From: a bacterium
GTDB lineage: Bacteria; Actinomycetota; Acidimicrobiia; Spongiisociales; ZC4RG35
Direction of reading: 5' to 3'
Assembly (NCBI GenBank): GCA_024639335.1
Contig: JAHEIN010000001.1
Coordinates: forward strand, 1,408 to 65,407
DNA: 64,000 bases
Shown: positions 19,125-29,258 of the stretch, piece after piece
Numbering within the stretch: the stretch's first letter is position 1
Layout of the letters: each line of letters begins with the position of its first letter
The notes under the pieces: generated by a model
What the model was told of the DNA's origin: nothing
Database searches by the model: none
The model's input: only the letters and a program-made list of their open reading frames with translations
Made by a program: the position numbers and the translations under genes

Positions 19125-20342
19125 TTACCTCGTGTCGTCGGTGGGCAAACCTGGTTCATGAGTACCCGGCGATCCGTAAAGCTCGAGTAAACGCTCTCCG
19201 CCGATCGGCGCGCTGGCTGGATCGGGATCGTCGGGCAACGCGATGGAGAGAACCGAGCCTCCTTCTGGTCGGACCACGGCCGAGAACCGACCTGCGTGTA
19301 TGGCGACGATCTGACGGACGATGCCAAGCCCCATTCCCCCATCACCGTTGTCGCCGTTCAAAGCAAGCTCCACATCTATACCGGGCCCTTCGTCGACCAC
19401 ACCGAGATAGGTCCAGTCGCCGACCCTTCTCAGAACGAGCGAAACCGCTCCCCCGGCAGGGCTCTCACGCACTGCGTTGTCGATCAGGTTTCCGAGCGCT
19501 CGCCGCAACATGTCCGGATCTGCCATGACCGTGATCGGGTCGGTAGGCATGTCCGATTCGATCACCACGCCATCCGACCTGGCGGTCGGTCCGAGGTCGG
19601 ACACGAGCTCGGTGACGATCTGCGCTGGATCGATCGCTGTCAGCGTCGCCCCGGCGAGTTCCTTGCGGGCGACGGCGAGGAGATCGTCGACCATGACCGA
19701 GATACGGTCGGCGGCACGCTCGACGACTTCGCCGGTCTGCCTCCAGTCCTCGAGGGTGGCCCCGGGGTCATTGGAGATCACGTCGAGGTTCGAGCGGATG
19801 ACGGCGAGGGGGGTCCGGAGATCGTGTGAGGTGTGGGCGAGGAAGCGCTGCTGGGATCGGAATGATCCGGACAGTCGATCGAGCATCGCATCGAAGGTGT
19901 TGGCCAATCGAGTGAGTTCGTCATCGGGCCCGTCGAGCCCGATCCTCCGATCGAGATCGGTCGCCTGGATGTCTCGCGCCACAGAGGTGATCTCGTCGAT
20001 CGGTCGGAGCGACCGGCTTGCGATGACCCAACCGACGATGAGCGAGAGTGCGAACAGTGCCAGCAGGATGCCAATGGTCCAGACGGCGAGCTGGTTGAGC
20101 ACCACTTCCTTGATCAGGCTCTCGATGGTTCGCATTTCCACCTGTGTCAAACGGACGGCGAGCCGCTCGCCGTCGATCAACACCGGCTCGAGGGTGCTTC
20201 CGGTGACGGTCAGCGACTGCACGGCTCGGAGGGTCACGTAGTAGATCACAGCCAGAGCCAGCCCGGCGACGCTGAAGACCAGCGCGGAGGTGAGACCCGA
20301 CAGTCGGAATCTCAGTGAACGTGTGACGGGCGGGAGCTGCAT
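19125..20342 (-). CDS. Sensor histidine kinase (MprB-like)
   Basis: Two TM segments, HAMP, H-box HDLRTPLAVI, and N/G1/G2 boxes (DNAVRESP...VDEGPGI...GGMGLGI). Confidence 0.85.
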   Translation of the reverse strand: MQLPPVTRSLRFRLSGLTSALVFSVAGLALAVIYYVTLRAVQSLTVTGSTLEPVLIDGERLAVRLTQVEMRTIESLIKEVVLNQLAVWTIGILLALFALSLIVGWVIASRSLRPIDEITSVARDIQATDLDRRIGLDGPDDELTRLANTFDAMLDRLSGSFRSQQRFLAHTSHDLRTPLAVIRSNLDVISNDPGATLEDWRQTGEVVERAADRISVMVDDLLAVARKELAGATLTAIDPAQIVTELVSDLGPTARSDGVVIESDMPTDPITVMADPDMLRRALGNLIDNAVRESPAGGAVSLVLRRVGDWTYLGVVDEGPGIDVELALNGDNGDGGMGLGIVRQIVAIHAGRFSAVVRPEGGSVLSIALPDDPDPASAPIGGERLLELYGSPGTHEPGLPTDDTR

Positions 20343-20383
20343 CGAGAGAGACGCTATCGGTCGGTCGTTAAGCGAAGGGTAAA

Positions 20384-21079
20384 TCAGCGCAAGACGTAGC
20401 CCCGACCGGGAACCGTCTCGATGGCTGACGGCTCGCCCAGCTTCTTGCGAAGGTTCGAGACCGTGACGCGCACCGTGTTCGTGAAGGGATCCGCCATCTC
20501 GTCCCAGACGTGCTCGAGCAAACGCTCCTGGCTGAGCACCTCGCCCCGATTCCGCATGAAGTACTCCAACAGCGCGAACTCCTTGACCGTCAGCGGCAGT
20601 GCTCGCCCGCTGCGAGTGGCCTGAAAAGCGGCCGGATCGAGGGTGAGATCTCCTACCGAGAGAACGGGGCTTCCCCCAGCGTCTCGACGAAGCAACGCCC
20701 GGACCCTCGCCTCGAGTTCGGCGAAGGCGAAGGGCTTGACCAGATAGTCGTCTGCACCGGCGTCGAGCCCCATGACGCGATCCTCGATCGAATCTCGTGC
20801 CGTGAGCATCAACACCTTCGGCTCGAGCGTGCCGAATGTCTCGACCTCACCAGAACGGATGCGAGAACAGAGATCGACCCCCCGGCCGTCGGGCAGATTC
20901 CAATCCAAGATCACCAGATCGTATTCGACTGTCGACACTGCGAGTTCCGCATCGATGACCGAAGCAGCCGAGTCGACCGCGTGGCCGCCGCGCACCAATC
21001 CGCGCACGATCGCAGAAGCGAGGTCGGGTTCGTCTTCGACAACCAGGAGCCGCATTCCCCGAACTGTATCGACACTCAA
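20384..21079 (-). CDS. OmpR/PhoB-family response regulator (MprA-like)
   Basis: Receiver domain (LLVVEDE...DLVILDWNLPDG...LMLTARD) plus winged-helix output (LTVKEFALLEYFM...GRGYVL). Confidence 0.9.
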   Translation of the reverse strand: MSVDTVRGMRLLVVEDEPDLASAIVRGLVRGGHAVDSAASVIDAELAVSTVEYDLVILDWNLPDGRGVDLCSRIRSGEVETFGTLEPKVLMLTARDSIEDRVMGLDAGADDYLVKPFAFAELEARVRALLRRDAGGSPVLSVGDLTLDPAAFQATRSGRALPLTVKEFALLEYFMRNRGEVLSQERLLEHVWDEMADPFTNTVRVTVSNLRKKLGEPSAIETVPGRGYVLR

Positions 21080-21164
21080 TGGCGTCGCATCGAAGCGCCG
21101 GGCAGATCAGACTTCCGCCGACACCGAGAGAGCGAGCAGTCGTCTGCTCACTACATTCGGAGCG

Positions 21165-23498
21165 ATGAAGAAGCGGACGCCCGTGCAATTGCCGGAAGAG
21201 ATCTATCCGGACGACCCGTGGGTTCTGCTCGAGGACCAGTTCGCTCCCGACTTTCTGTACCTGACCGAGACCATCTTCGCACTCACCAACGGCCGGATCG
21301 GAGTGCGAGGCTCACTCGACGAAGGCGAGCCGAATCACGTCGTCGGGATGTACATCAACGGGTTCCATGAGACCTGGCCGATCACGCACGCCGAGAAGGC
21401 CTACGGTCTCGCCGAAGTCGGCCAGACCATGGTCACCGTTCCTGACGGCACACTGATCGAGATCACCGTGGACGGCGAGGCGTTCAATCTCCCATCGGTC
21501 GAGATCATTCGCTGCAGGCGTTGGCTCGACATCCAACGCGGGATGCTGGAACGCGATATCGCCTGGAGGACGAAGTCCGGCGTCACCGTCGAGCTCCGCT
21601 TTCTGCGGTTCGTGTCACTGGACATGGCGGACCTGTTGGCCTCACGGCTGGAGATCTCGGTAGACCGTCCGGCTGAGGTCCGGGTGGTATCGCGTCTCCG
21701 CAACCGACTCGACGCCGGTGTGGGCGAAGGCGAGCCGGACGACCCTCGACGAGCGAAGCAGTTCACCCAACGGGTGTTGGAACCGAGAGCAGCCACCCTT
21801 GCCGATCTCCGGTTCGTCCAGGCTTGGGTGACGGCACACTCGAGGATGGGCCTGCTGTCGGGAATGGACCATCTGCTCTCCGGGCCGAAGCCGAGGATCT
21901 CCCTCGATCGCTCGGCGATGGACTTCGGTTTCGAGTTCGAGTGGAGTCTGACGCCCTACGCCGGCGCCACGATCGACAAATTCGTCGTCGCCTCGCACAA
22001 CGGCGACTCACCCGGGCTCGACGAACGTCAGGCGATCGGTGAGATCCTCGACAGAGCGATACAACGCGGGCTCCCAACCCTCGCAGCGGATCACGAAGCC
22101 AAGCTGAGGGAGTTCTGGAACGAGAACGACATCGTGGTCACCGGTGCCGGCATCGAGACCCAGCGGGCCATCCGGTGGACGCTCTTCCAGCTCCATTCGA
22201 ACTCGGCGTGTCTACAGAATGCCAGCATCCCGGCCAAGGGCCTCACCGGCCACGCCTACGACGGGCACTACTTCTGGGACACCGAGATCTACATCCTCCC
22301 CTTCCTCATCTACACCAACCCCGACGTCGCCAGGCGGGTGCTGTCGCATCGCTACGCGATGCTCGAGCATGCCCGGGAGCGGGCGCGGACGCTGTCACAC
22401 GACGGAATTCTCTTCCCGTGGCGGACGATCAACGGACATGAGGCTTCGGCGTATTTTCTGGCAGGGACCGCCCAATATCACATCAACGCCGACATCGTGT
22501 ACTCGATCCGCAAATACGTCCAGGTCACAGGAGACCGAGAGTTCCTCTGGGCCATGGGCGCAGAGATCGTCCTCGAGACCGCCAAGTTCTGGCACGATCT
22601 CGGGTTCTATCGGTCCGATCACTTCCACATCCACGGGGTCACCGGCCCAGACGAATACACCGCCCTCGTCGATGACAACGCCTACACCAACGCAATGGCT
22701 CGCATGAACCTGAGATACGCCTTCGAAGTGGCGTCTGAGTTGTCGGCCGAAGAGCCGGAACGGTGGGAAGCATTGAGGGAGCAGGTGGGGATCGCCGACG
22801 GGGAGACCATCGATTGGCGTCTCGCCGCCGATGCCATGTACATCCCGCATGATCGGGACCTGGGAATCACCCCTCAAGACGACGACTTCTTGGAGAAGGA
22901 GGCGTGGGACTTCGAGAGCACACCCGAATCGAAGTACCCGCTGCTGCTGCACTTCCACCCCCTCACCATCTACAGGTTCCAGGTTCTCAAACAGGCCGAC
23001 GTCGTGTTGGCCGACTTCCTGCTCGGGGAAGAATTCAACGACGAGCTCAAGCGCGCCAACTTCGACTTCTACGAGCCGCTCACCACCGGCGACTCCTCAC
23101 TGAGTGCCAGCATCCAGGCGATCATGTCGGCCGAGCTCGGATACCACAAGGCAGCGATGCGTCATTTCCACCATGCCCTCTTCATGGACCTGGGCGACAT
23201 CGCCGGCAACACCACCGACGGGGTTCACATGGCGTCGGCCGGCGGTGTGTGGATGGCGCTGGTGTACGGATTCGCGGGTATGCGAGACGTCCGTGGAACG
23301 ATCTCCTTCGATCCCCGAATGCCAAAGGAGTGGAGCGAGATGAAGTTCAGTCTTCACATACGCGACACGGTGCTGTCGGTCGGGCTGAGTCACGAGTCGA
23401 TCACTCTCGTCACGACCGAGCCGATCGAGGTCATCGTCGATGGCGAGACGCATTTGGTGGCTCCGGGTGGAGGCACCGTCGTCCGCTATCAGACTTGA
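21165..23498 (+). CDS. Glycoside hydrolase family 65 disaccharide phosphorylase (maltose/trehalose/kojibiose phosphorylase-like)
   Basis: ORF 20772..23498 trimmed to the ATG at 21165 (MKKRTPVQ), because the upstream part overlaps the response regulator on the other strand. 777 aa with GH65 N-terminal beta-sandwich, central (alpha/alpha)6 catalytic region (general-acid region FWDTEIYILPF) and C-terminal domain. Confidence 0.85.
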   Translation: MKKRTPVQLPEEIYPDDPWVLLEDQFAPDFLYLTETIFALTNGRIGVRGSLDEGEPNHVVGMYINGFHETWPITHAEKAYGLAEVGQTMVTVPDGTLIEITVDGEAFNLPSVEIIRCRRWLDIQRGMLERDIAWRTKSGVTVELRFLRFVSLDMADLLASRLEISVDRPAEVRVVSRLRNRLDAGVGEGEPDDPRRAKQFTQRVLEPRAATLADLRFVQAWVTAHSRMGLLSGMDHLLSGPKPRISLDRSAMDFGFEFEWSLTPYAGATIDKFVVASHNGDSPGLDERQAIGEILDRAIQRGLPTLAADHEAKLREFWNENDIVVTGAGIETQRAIRWTLFQLHSNSACLQNASIPAKGLTGHAYDGHYFWDTEIYILPFLIYTNPDVARRVLSHRYAMLEHARERARTLSHDGILFPWRTINGHEASAYFLAGTAQYHINADIVYSIRKYVQVTGDREFLWAMGAEIVLETAKFWHDLGFYRSDHFHIHGVTGPDEYTALVDDNAYTNAMARMNLRYAFEVASELSAEEPERWEALREQVGIADGETIDWRLAADAMYIPHDRDLGITPQDDDFLEKEAWDFESTPESKYPLLLHFHPLTIYRFQVLKQADVVLADFLLGEEFNDELKRANFDFYEPLTTGDSSLSASIQAIMSAELGYHKAAMRHFHHALFMDLGDIAGNTTDGVHMASAGGVWMALVYGFAGMRDVRGTISFDPRMPKEWSEMKFSLHIRDTVLSVGLSHESITLVTTEPIEVIVDGETHLVAPGGGTVVRYQT

Positions 23499-24847
23499 GG
23501 CGAGATGGTCAACCGCAGGACGAGGTCTTCTTGGTCGAAGAGCAGTCGATAGTCGACTCCATTCCGGCTGATCCTGCCATCGAGCCCTCCAAGTTGGGGG
23601 TCCCGGACGTTCAATCCCATCGCACCGAGCACCGCCCCGCGTTCGGCGGGCTCCAGTGATGGATCGGCTACGGCGATGGCGAGCCCGAGCGCCTGGATAC
23701 CGAGCTGGTCCGAAGAAGATGGCCCTGTCGGATCGACCTCGAGGGTGTACGCGGCGATGCCCTCGCCCTGGCCGTCGAAGCTCCCGATCATGGCGATGAA
23801 ACCCGTGAATCCAACCTCGAATTCACTGGCGGGCAGTGACGAGCGGAATCTGAGGTTCGGTGAGACCCCGGCAGCGTTTTCGTTCCATCGTTCCACGAAA
23901 GCGTCGGGTGCGAGATCGAAGACCAGTGGCGCACCGGCCACGGTCGAGTCGACCGTCGTTGGCGCAGTGGTTCCCGGCACGGTCGTCGGCGCCTGGGTCA
24001 CCGGCACGGTGGTCTGGACGACGGTTGCAGGAGTCGTTTCTTCCGAACCGGCGAAGAAGTCCAGCACTACCGGCACCGCAAAGGCCAATCCGGCGACGAC
24101 GGCGATCGCGACGACGGCGATCGCGATCGGCCTGAGTCGTGCCTTGTCGAAGCTCACGGACGTGGCGCTCCGCAGCGACCGCTGGCTCTCGAGAATCTCG
24201 TCCGCAACGGTGGACTCCCCCACCTCCTCGTCGAATTCGATGTCATGGTCTTCATCGGTGGGGAAGCTGTACCCCTCGTCACCCGGGATGACGAAGCCGC
24301 TCGACGAGGAGCGCTCACCAGGATCATCGGGTTCCTGATCGCCGTCTTCCGGCCCGTCTTCGGTCTGACGCTCGCGGAAGCCGCTCATCGCCGCAGCGAG
24401 ACGTTCCCGCGATGACGGCCCGAATCCGGATGCGCTCTCGGTCACAGCTTCGGACGCTTCGACCTCGGGCTCTGCCTGGCCGGCGGTCGGCGGATCTTCG
24501 TCGACGACAGGCAGGTCGGGGGCGGCCGACACGGGCGCAACGTGAATCTCTGGCTCTCTGTCACCACCGTCAACGAGCATCTCATCGACCGCTTCGGCGA
24601 ACGCTCCGGTGTCGGCGGGATAGAACGTCACCACGTCGTCCCCGACGGACAGCTCGTAGCCGCCGCTCGAGTTCGACTGAAAACGGATGGCGTCGCGGTC
24701 CCAGAGACCGATTTCGGCGAAAGGAGTCGCCAGTCTGATCTTCTCTGCCGCTATTTGGAGGTCTACATCGACCTCGTCACCCTCTAGGAGCACGATTCGC
24801 CCGGGGAACGTTCCGCTCATCTCTGGCCGTTTCTCGAGTGGATGCAT
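23489..24847 (-). CDS. Single-pass membrane protein, paralog A (cytoplasmic N-domain, acidic linker, TM, Pro/Thr-rich extracellular linker, conserved C-terminal domain)
   Basis: Start trimmed to the internal ATG at 24847 or 24820 by alignment with paralog B. TM segment IAIAVVAIAVVAGLAFAVPVVL. C-terminus ADPSLEPAERGAVLGAMGLNVRDPQLGGLDGRISRNGVDY aligns with paralog B. Confidence 0.55.
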   Translation of the reverse strand: MHPLEKRPEMSGTFPGRIVLLEGDEVDVDLQIAAEKIRLATPFAEIGLWDRDAIRFQSNSSGGYELSVGDDVVTFYPADTGAFAEAVDEMLVDGGDREPEIHVAPVSAAPDLPVVDEDPPTAGQAEPEVEASEAVTESASGFGPSSRERLAAAMSGFRERQTEDGPEDGDQEPDDPGERSSSSGFVIPGDEGYSFPTDEDHDIEFDEEVGESTVADEILESQRSLRSATSVSFDKARLRPIAIAVVAIAVVAGLAFAVPVVLDFFAGSEETTPATVVQTTVPVTQAPTTVPGTTAPTTVDSTVAGAPLVFDLAPDAFVERWNENAAGVSPNLRFRSSLPASEFEVGFTGFIAMIGSFDGQGEGIAAYTLEVDPTGPSSSDQLGIQALGLAIAVADPSLEPAERGAVLGAMGLNVRDPQLGGLDGRISRNGVDYRLLFDQEDLVLRLTISPQV

Positions 24848-24917
24848 GACACAGTATGTCGGCGGTGCACCCCACCTTCTTGAGTCCGAGGAGAATAATG
24901 GGCCGATCGGACCGGGC

Positions 24918-25562
24918 TCAGCCCCAACAGTGACGGCTGGGATTCCAGTGCGACCAGCCACCTCCCTCGTACACCAGCCACGCCGCCACGGCGACGTTCG
25001 CCGCCGGGTCGAAGATGTCCGACCCCGCCAGACCCGCCTTCACACTCCGCTGGGGCCAGAAGCGTCCGAGATGCTGGAACAGGCCGCTTGCCGACGAGCG
25101 CGGGTTCTTGGCGTTGGGGTCTCCCGACGACTCGCAACTGATGACGGCCAGCGCAAGGGCCACGTCATTCGGGGCGAAATGAGCCTCGACGAGCGGCCGC
25201 CACACCTCGACATCGCGGGGCGCCAGTTTCCTGGCGACCGGGGCGGGCGGTTGCGCCTGCACGCCTCGCTCGGAGACGACCGACTCTTCCGGCTCGGGGA
25301 AGTCGAGCCCTCCTGCGACGACCGTCGGGGCGCATCGAGCGCCAATCCGGGGAATGGCGCAGCCGGGGGGAAGCGTCGCCGTCGTCGTGGTCACCGGAAC
25401 GACGGCAGCGGAGAACCCGTCCGCCAATGCGAACGAGGCGTGGGCAGGGTTGACGGCGACCTCCCCCAGATTGGAGGTAGCGGGCGACGTCCACGCACCG
25501 CCGACGAACATCAGCGATGCGAGAAGGCCGAGCCCGGTGAGATATGACGCAAACGCGCGCAC
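24918..25562 (-). CDS. Secreted lytic transglycosylase-like protein (SLT domain)
   Basis: N-terminal signal peptide (LLASLMFVGGAWTSPA). C-terminal SLT catalytic region AVISCESSGDPNAKNPRSSASGLFQHL...W (E-S catalytic dyad context and GLFQ motif). Confidence 0.6.
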   Translation of the reverse strand: MRAFASYLTGLGLLASLMFVGGAWTSPATSNLGEVAVNPAHASFALADGFSAAVVPVTTTTATLPPGCAIPRIGARCAPTVVAGGLDFPEPEESVVSERGVQAQPPAPVARKLAPRDVEVWRPLVEAHFAPNDVALALAVISCESSGDPNAKNPRSSASGLFQHLGRFWPQRSVKAGLAGSDIFDPAANVAVAAWLVYEGGGWSHWNPSRHCWG

Positions 25563-25679
25563 GGAATGACCTCGCGGAATTGGGAATGCGCAACGATCAT
25601 CGCTGCGGGAGCCCTACGGTTGGGCTTCGGTGATGACAACGCTATTGGGGACCGCTCACGTTTGCAAGCGGGGAGGGTG

Positions 25680-26639
25680 TCACACCTCGGGCGCGATCGT
25701 GAGCAGCACCGAAGAGAACGACTGGAAGTACTTCATCGTGTAGCGAATCCCGTTCCGGGTCGTTTCCCCGTCGAGCCCTCCCAGCTGGGGCAATCTCACA
25801 TCGAGACCCATCTCTGCGAGGATCTCACGCCGGTCGGTCTCGTCGAGACTGGGATCGGCGACCGTGAGTGCGATGCCCCAGCTTGCGATCGTTGCCTGGT
25901 CACTGTCGGTATCCCCCGACGGATCTGCCACGACCACCAGCGACCGCACGTCGCCATCATCGTCGGTGGTTCCTTGGAGCGAGATCAGCGGCGCCAGCTG
26001 GGTGTCGAATGAGCCCCGCGGAAGGGCGTCGCGGATCAACAGTGGCGTCCCGAATTCGCGAGCCACCCGATTCCACTCGACCACCAGAAGCGAAGGATCG
26101 AGGTCGAAAGCGCTCACCGGCGGGACAGCGGCGCTCGCAGAGGTGCCCTCGAGTGAGACGGGCTCGACCGTTTCCGGCTCGTCGCCAAAGACCGTGTCGA
26201 CCACCCACACCCCTGCGAACACCATCACGACGACCGCAGCGAGCACCCCAAGCAGAGGCGACCTGAGGACGGAGAGGTCGACCGGGATCGTGGGCTTCGC
26301 AGCAGGCTCCTCATCGATCGATTCGTCGCCGTTCGATTCGACCGTCCGGACCACATTGATGCGGTCGGCGAGGCTCGAGGCCTTGAACCGCTGGGCGGCG
26401 ACGATGGCGAACTGCCTGGTGTCATCGGGTTCGAACGAGACGACCTCGCCGTCGACGCTGATGCGATAGGTGGACGCGTCCGTTTTGGAGACGCGGCAGT
26501 ACTTGATCGGCCACGTCCCGATCAGGACGCTGTCTGCGCGCAGCGTCAACGCGTCGGGCGATATCTCCAGGTCCACCGCCACGACATCCTGCTCGGGAAG
26601 CGTGAGCTTCCCGGAAAAGCGGTCGGCCACGAGGATCAC
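25680..26639 (-). CDS. Single-pass membrane protein, paralog B
   Basis: 319 aa with the same architecture as 23489..24847. N-domain aligns (GKLTLPEQDVVAVDLEI vs GRIVLLEGDEVDVDLQI). C-terminus ADPSLDETDRREILAEMGLDVRLPQLGGLDGETTRNGIRY aligns with paralog A. Confidence 0.55.
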   Translation of the reverse strand: MILVADRFSGKLTLPEQDVVAVDLEISPDALTLRADSVLIGTWPIKYCRVSKTDASTYRISVDGEVVSFEPDDTRQFAIVAAQRFKASSLADRINVVRTVESNGDESIDEEPAAKPTIPVDLSVLRSPLLGVLAAVVVMVFAGVWVVDTVFGDEPETVEPVSLEGTSASAAVPPVSAFDLDPSLLVVEWNRVAREFGTPLLIRDALPRGSFDTQLAPLISLQGTTDDDGDVRSLVVVADPSGDTDSDQATIASWGIALTVADPSLDETDRREILAEMGLDVRLPQLGGLDGETTRNGIRYTMKYFQSFSSVLLTIAPEV

Positions 26640-26749
26640 GGTACCTCACCTCGCGCGAGTTGTTCCAGCTTTCGTCACGGGCCCGGCGACTCATCTGGGA
26701 TTCGCCTTCGTGATTTCCTGGCACCGACACGACGGGCGACAATGCCGTC

Positions 26750-28198
26750 ATGGGTTCCAAGCTCGCCGGCACACTCGTCTTCTTCACCTCTGCAGCGGTT
26801 CTGATTCTCGAGATCCTGGCCGGACGTCTGTTGGCTCCCTATTCAGGAGTGACGCTCGAGACGTTCACTGCCATCATCGGCGTCGTCCTGGCAGGGATCG
26901 CTGTAGGAACATGGCTGGGAGGGCGTTATGCCGACCGGGCGGGGTCCCCCGTCGCGCTCATCGGTCCCGTATTGATCCTGGGCGGCGCGTTGGCGGCCTC
27001 CACCGTCCCGTTGGCACGCCTCCTCGGCCCATCGATGGGGACGGCCGGACTCGCCGGACTCGTCCTGTTGACCGCCATTGCCATCCTGCCCGCCACGGCT
27101 GTCCTCTCTGCAACTCCGCCGATCATCGTCAAGATCATCCTCGACGATCTCGGCACGACCGGCGCAACGGTGGGGCGGATCTCGGCCCTCGGGACCGCAG
27201 GAGCGCTGTTCGGCACATTCACGAGCGGGTTCGTGCTGGTGGCCACGCTTTCGACGTCGGTGATCGTCCTCACGGTTGCGGTCACCACCGCAATCGTCGG
27301 CATCGGCATGTGGATGCAGTATCGACCGGACAGCCATGCCCTCGGCACTTTCGCCCTGATCGGACTGCTCGCAGGGTCGACTCTGACAGCAGCGGTCCAG
27401 AGCCCATGTGATGTCGAGACCGCCTATTTCTGCGCCTCTGAGATCGTCGACCCCGAAGATCCGGACGCGTCGTTCCTCCTCCTGGACACCGTCACACACG
27501 CATACGTCGACAAAACCGACCCGACGAACCTGCGGTTCACTTCGATTCGCATGTTCGCCTCCGCCATCGATGCCATGACCACCGGCGAGATCGCTGCGCT
27601 CCACGTGGGGGGCGGCGGCTTGACGGTGGCGAGCTGGCTCACCGAGACACGTCCGGCATCGCGGAACGTCGTCCTGGAGCTCGACGGCGCCCTCGTCGAG
27701 TTCGTCGCGGAGCGATTCGATCCGGCGCCCGTCGACCTGACCATCATCGGCGACGCCCGGGTGTCACTCGAAGCGGCAGGCGATGGATTCGATGTCGTGA
27801 TCGGCGACGCATTCGGTGGCCTGGCCGTGCCGTGGCACCTGACCACGGTGGAGTTCTTCGAAGAGATCTCCGGGGCACTGGTCGACGACGGCTTCTACCT
27901 CATGAACCTCATCGATCACGGAGATCTCGACTTCCTGCGGGCCGAGGTCGCAACCGCCACCGCGGTCTTCCCCTCCGTCGGCGTGGTGACACTGCCAGAG
28001 CGATTCGATACGGGCGGCAACTTCATGCTCATGGCGTCGAAACAGCCGATCCCCGCCGATCGCATCGTGGCGGAGGCGTCGGCGCTCGATCTCGAGGTGA
28101 GGGTCCTGACGGGGAGCGAACTCCAGGAGTTCGTCGACGCTGCAGAGATCCTGACCGACGACTTCGCTCCCGTCGATCAGCTCTTGGCCACCTCCTGA
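26750..28198 (+). CDS. Fused membrane domain / spermidine synthase-like aminopropyltransferase
   Basis: About 7 N-terminal TM helices followed by a SpeE-like Rossmann domain (VGGGGLTVASWL...VIGDAFGGLAVPWHL). Confidence 0.7.
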   Translation: MGSKLAGTLVFFTSAAVLILEILAGRLLAPYSGVTLETFTAIIGVVLAGIAVGTWLGGRYADRAGSPVALIGPVLILGGALAASTVPLARLLGPSMGTAGLAGLVLLTAIAILPATAVLSATPPIIVKIILDDLGTTGATVGRISALGTAGALFGTFTSGFVLVATLSTSVIVLTVAVTTAIVGIGMWMQYRPDSHALGTFALIGLLAGSTLTAAVQSPCDVETAYFCASEIVDPEDPDASFLLLDTVTHAYVDKTDPTNLRFTSIRMFASAIDAMTTGEIAALHVGGGGLTVASWLTETRPASRNVVLELDGALVEFVAERFDPAPVDLTIIGDARVSLEAAGDGFDVVIGDAFGGLAVPWHLTTVEFFEEISGALVDDGFYLMNLIDHGDLDFLRAEVATATAVFPSVGVVTLPERFDTGGNFMLMASKQPIPADRIVAEASALDLEVRVLTGSELQEFVDAAEILTDDFAPVDQLLATS

Positions 28199-28241
28199 GC
28201 GGCCGACGGTCTCGCCTGGCGACCGACCCCTCCCTGGCCCC

Positions 28242-29258
28242 CTAGACGAGGCCGGCCATCGCCTCGAGCCGTTGTGGCGGTCCCGAGATCGCCATGGTCG
28301 TGACCAGCGATTCGTCCCACCTGGCGAGATCGTCGCGGATCCGGTCGACGGAGCCCACCAAAGCGACGTCGGACACCATCTCGACAGGGATCGCCGCCGC
28401 TGCCTCGGTTCTCCGGCCGTCGAGATACAGGTCTTGGACTCGCTCACAGACGGACTCCCAGCCCATTCGGGCGAGAACCTCGAAGTGGAAGTTCGCTCCT
28501 TTGGCTCCCATGCCACCGACATAGAGCGCCAACATGGGCCTGACCCGGTCTGCGGCGCGCTCGATGTCGTCGTCGACGACCACCGGAACCGGACAAACGA
28601 CCTCGAAATCGGCCGGGGTGTCGCCCCTGCGGTCGAATCCCTCCGAAAGGGCCCGTCTATAGAAGTCGTCGGACTTCGGGGAGAACCAGAACGGGAGCCA
28701 GCCGTCGCACAGCTCGGCTGCCAGAGCGACGTTCTTCGGGCCCTCTGCGGCGAGGTAGATCGGGAGGTCGGCGCGATATGGGTGGATGGTGGATTTGAGC
28801 GGCTTCCCGAGCCCGGTGTCACCATCGAGCGGGAGACGATGGTGTTCACCGTCGTAGCTGACCGGACCGTCTCGCCGGATCACTGCCCTGACGATCTCGA
28901 TGTACTCGCGACTGCGAGCGAGCGGTTTCGCATAGGGCTGTCCATACCACCCCTCCACCACTTGCGGACCGGAGACTCCGAGCCCGAGGATGAATCGACC
29001 CCCGCTCAGATGGTCCATGGTCATCGCAGCCATCGCTGTAGCGGCAGGTGTCCGAGCCGCCATCTGGAGGATGCCGGTACCGAGTTTGATTCGTTCAGTC
29101 GAGCTGCCCCACCACGCCAGTGGCGTGAGGGCGTCGGAGCCGTACGCCTCGGCGGTCCATACCGAATCGAAGCCGAGTCGCTCCGCGACCTGAACGAGCT
29201 CGGCTGCACCTTCGGGTGGGCCTGCACCCCAGTATCCGATACTCAACGCCAGTTTCAC
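28242..29258 (-). CDS. LLM-class F420-dependent oxidoreductase (luciferase-like monooxygenase fold)
   Basis: 338 aa. N-terminus MKLALSIGYWGAG...LGFDSVWTAEAYGSD and C-terminal region typical of the LLM F420 subgroup. Confidence 0.8.
   Translation of the reverse strand: MKLALSIGYWGAGPPEGAAELVQVAERLGFDSVWTAEAYGSDALTPLAWWGSSTERIKLGTGILQMAARTPAATAMAAMTMDHLSGGRFILGLGVSGPQVVEGWYGQPYAKPLARSREYIEIVRAVIRRDGPVSYDGEHHRLPLDGDTGLGKPLKSTIHPYRADLPIYLAAEGPKNVALAAELCDGWLPFWFSPKSDDFYRRALSEGFDRRGDTPADFEVVCPVPVVVDDDIERAADRVRPMLALYVGGMGAKGANFHFEVLARMGWESVCERVQDLYLDGRRTEAAAAIPVEMVSDVALVGSVDRIRDDLARWDESLVTTMAISGPPQRLEAMAGLV

Noticed and set aside
20772-21164. Upstream 131-codon extension of the GH65 ORF
   Set aside because: It overlaps the well-supported response-regulator gene on the opposite strand and has an Arg/Ser-rich non-protein-like composition. 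The ATG at 21165 gives a GH65-length product.
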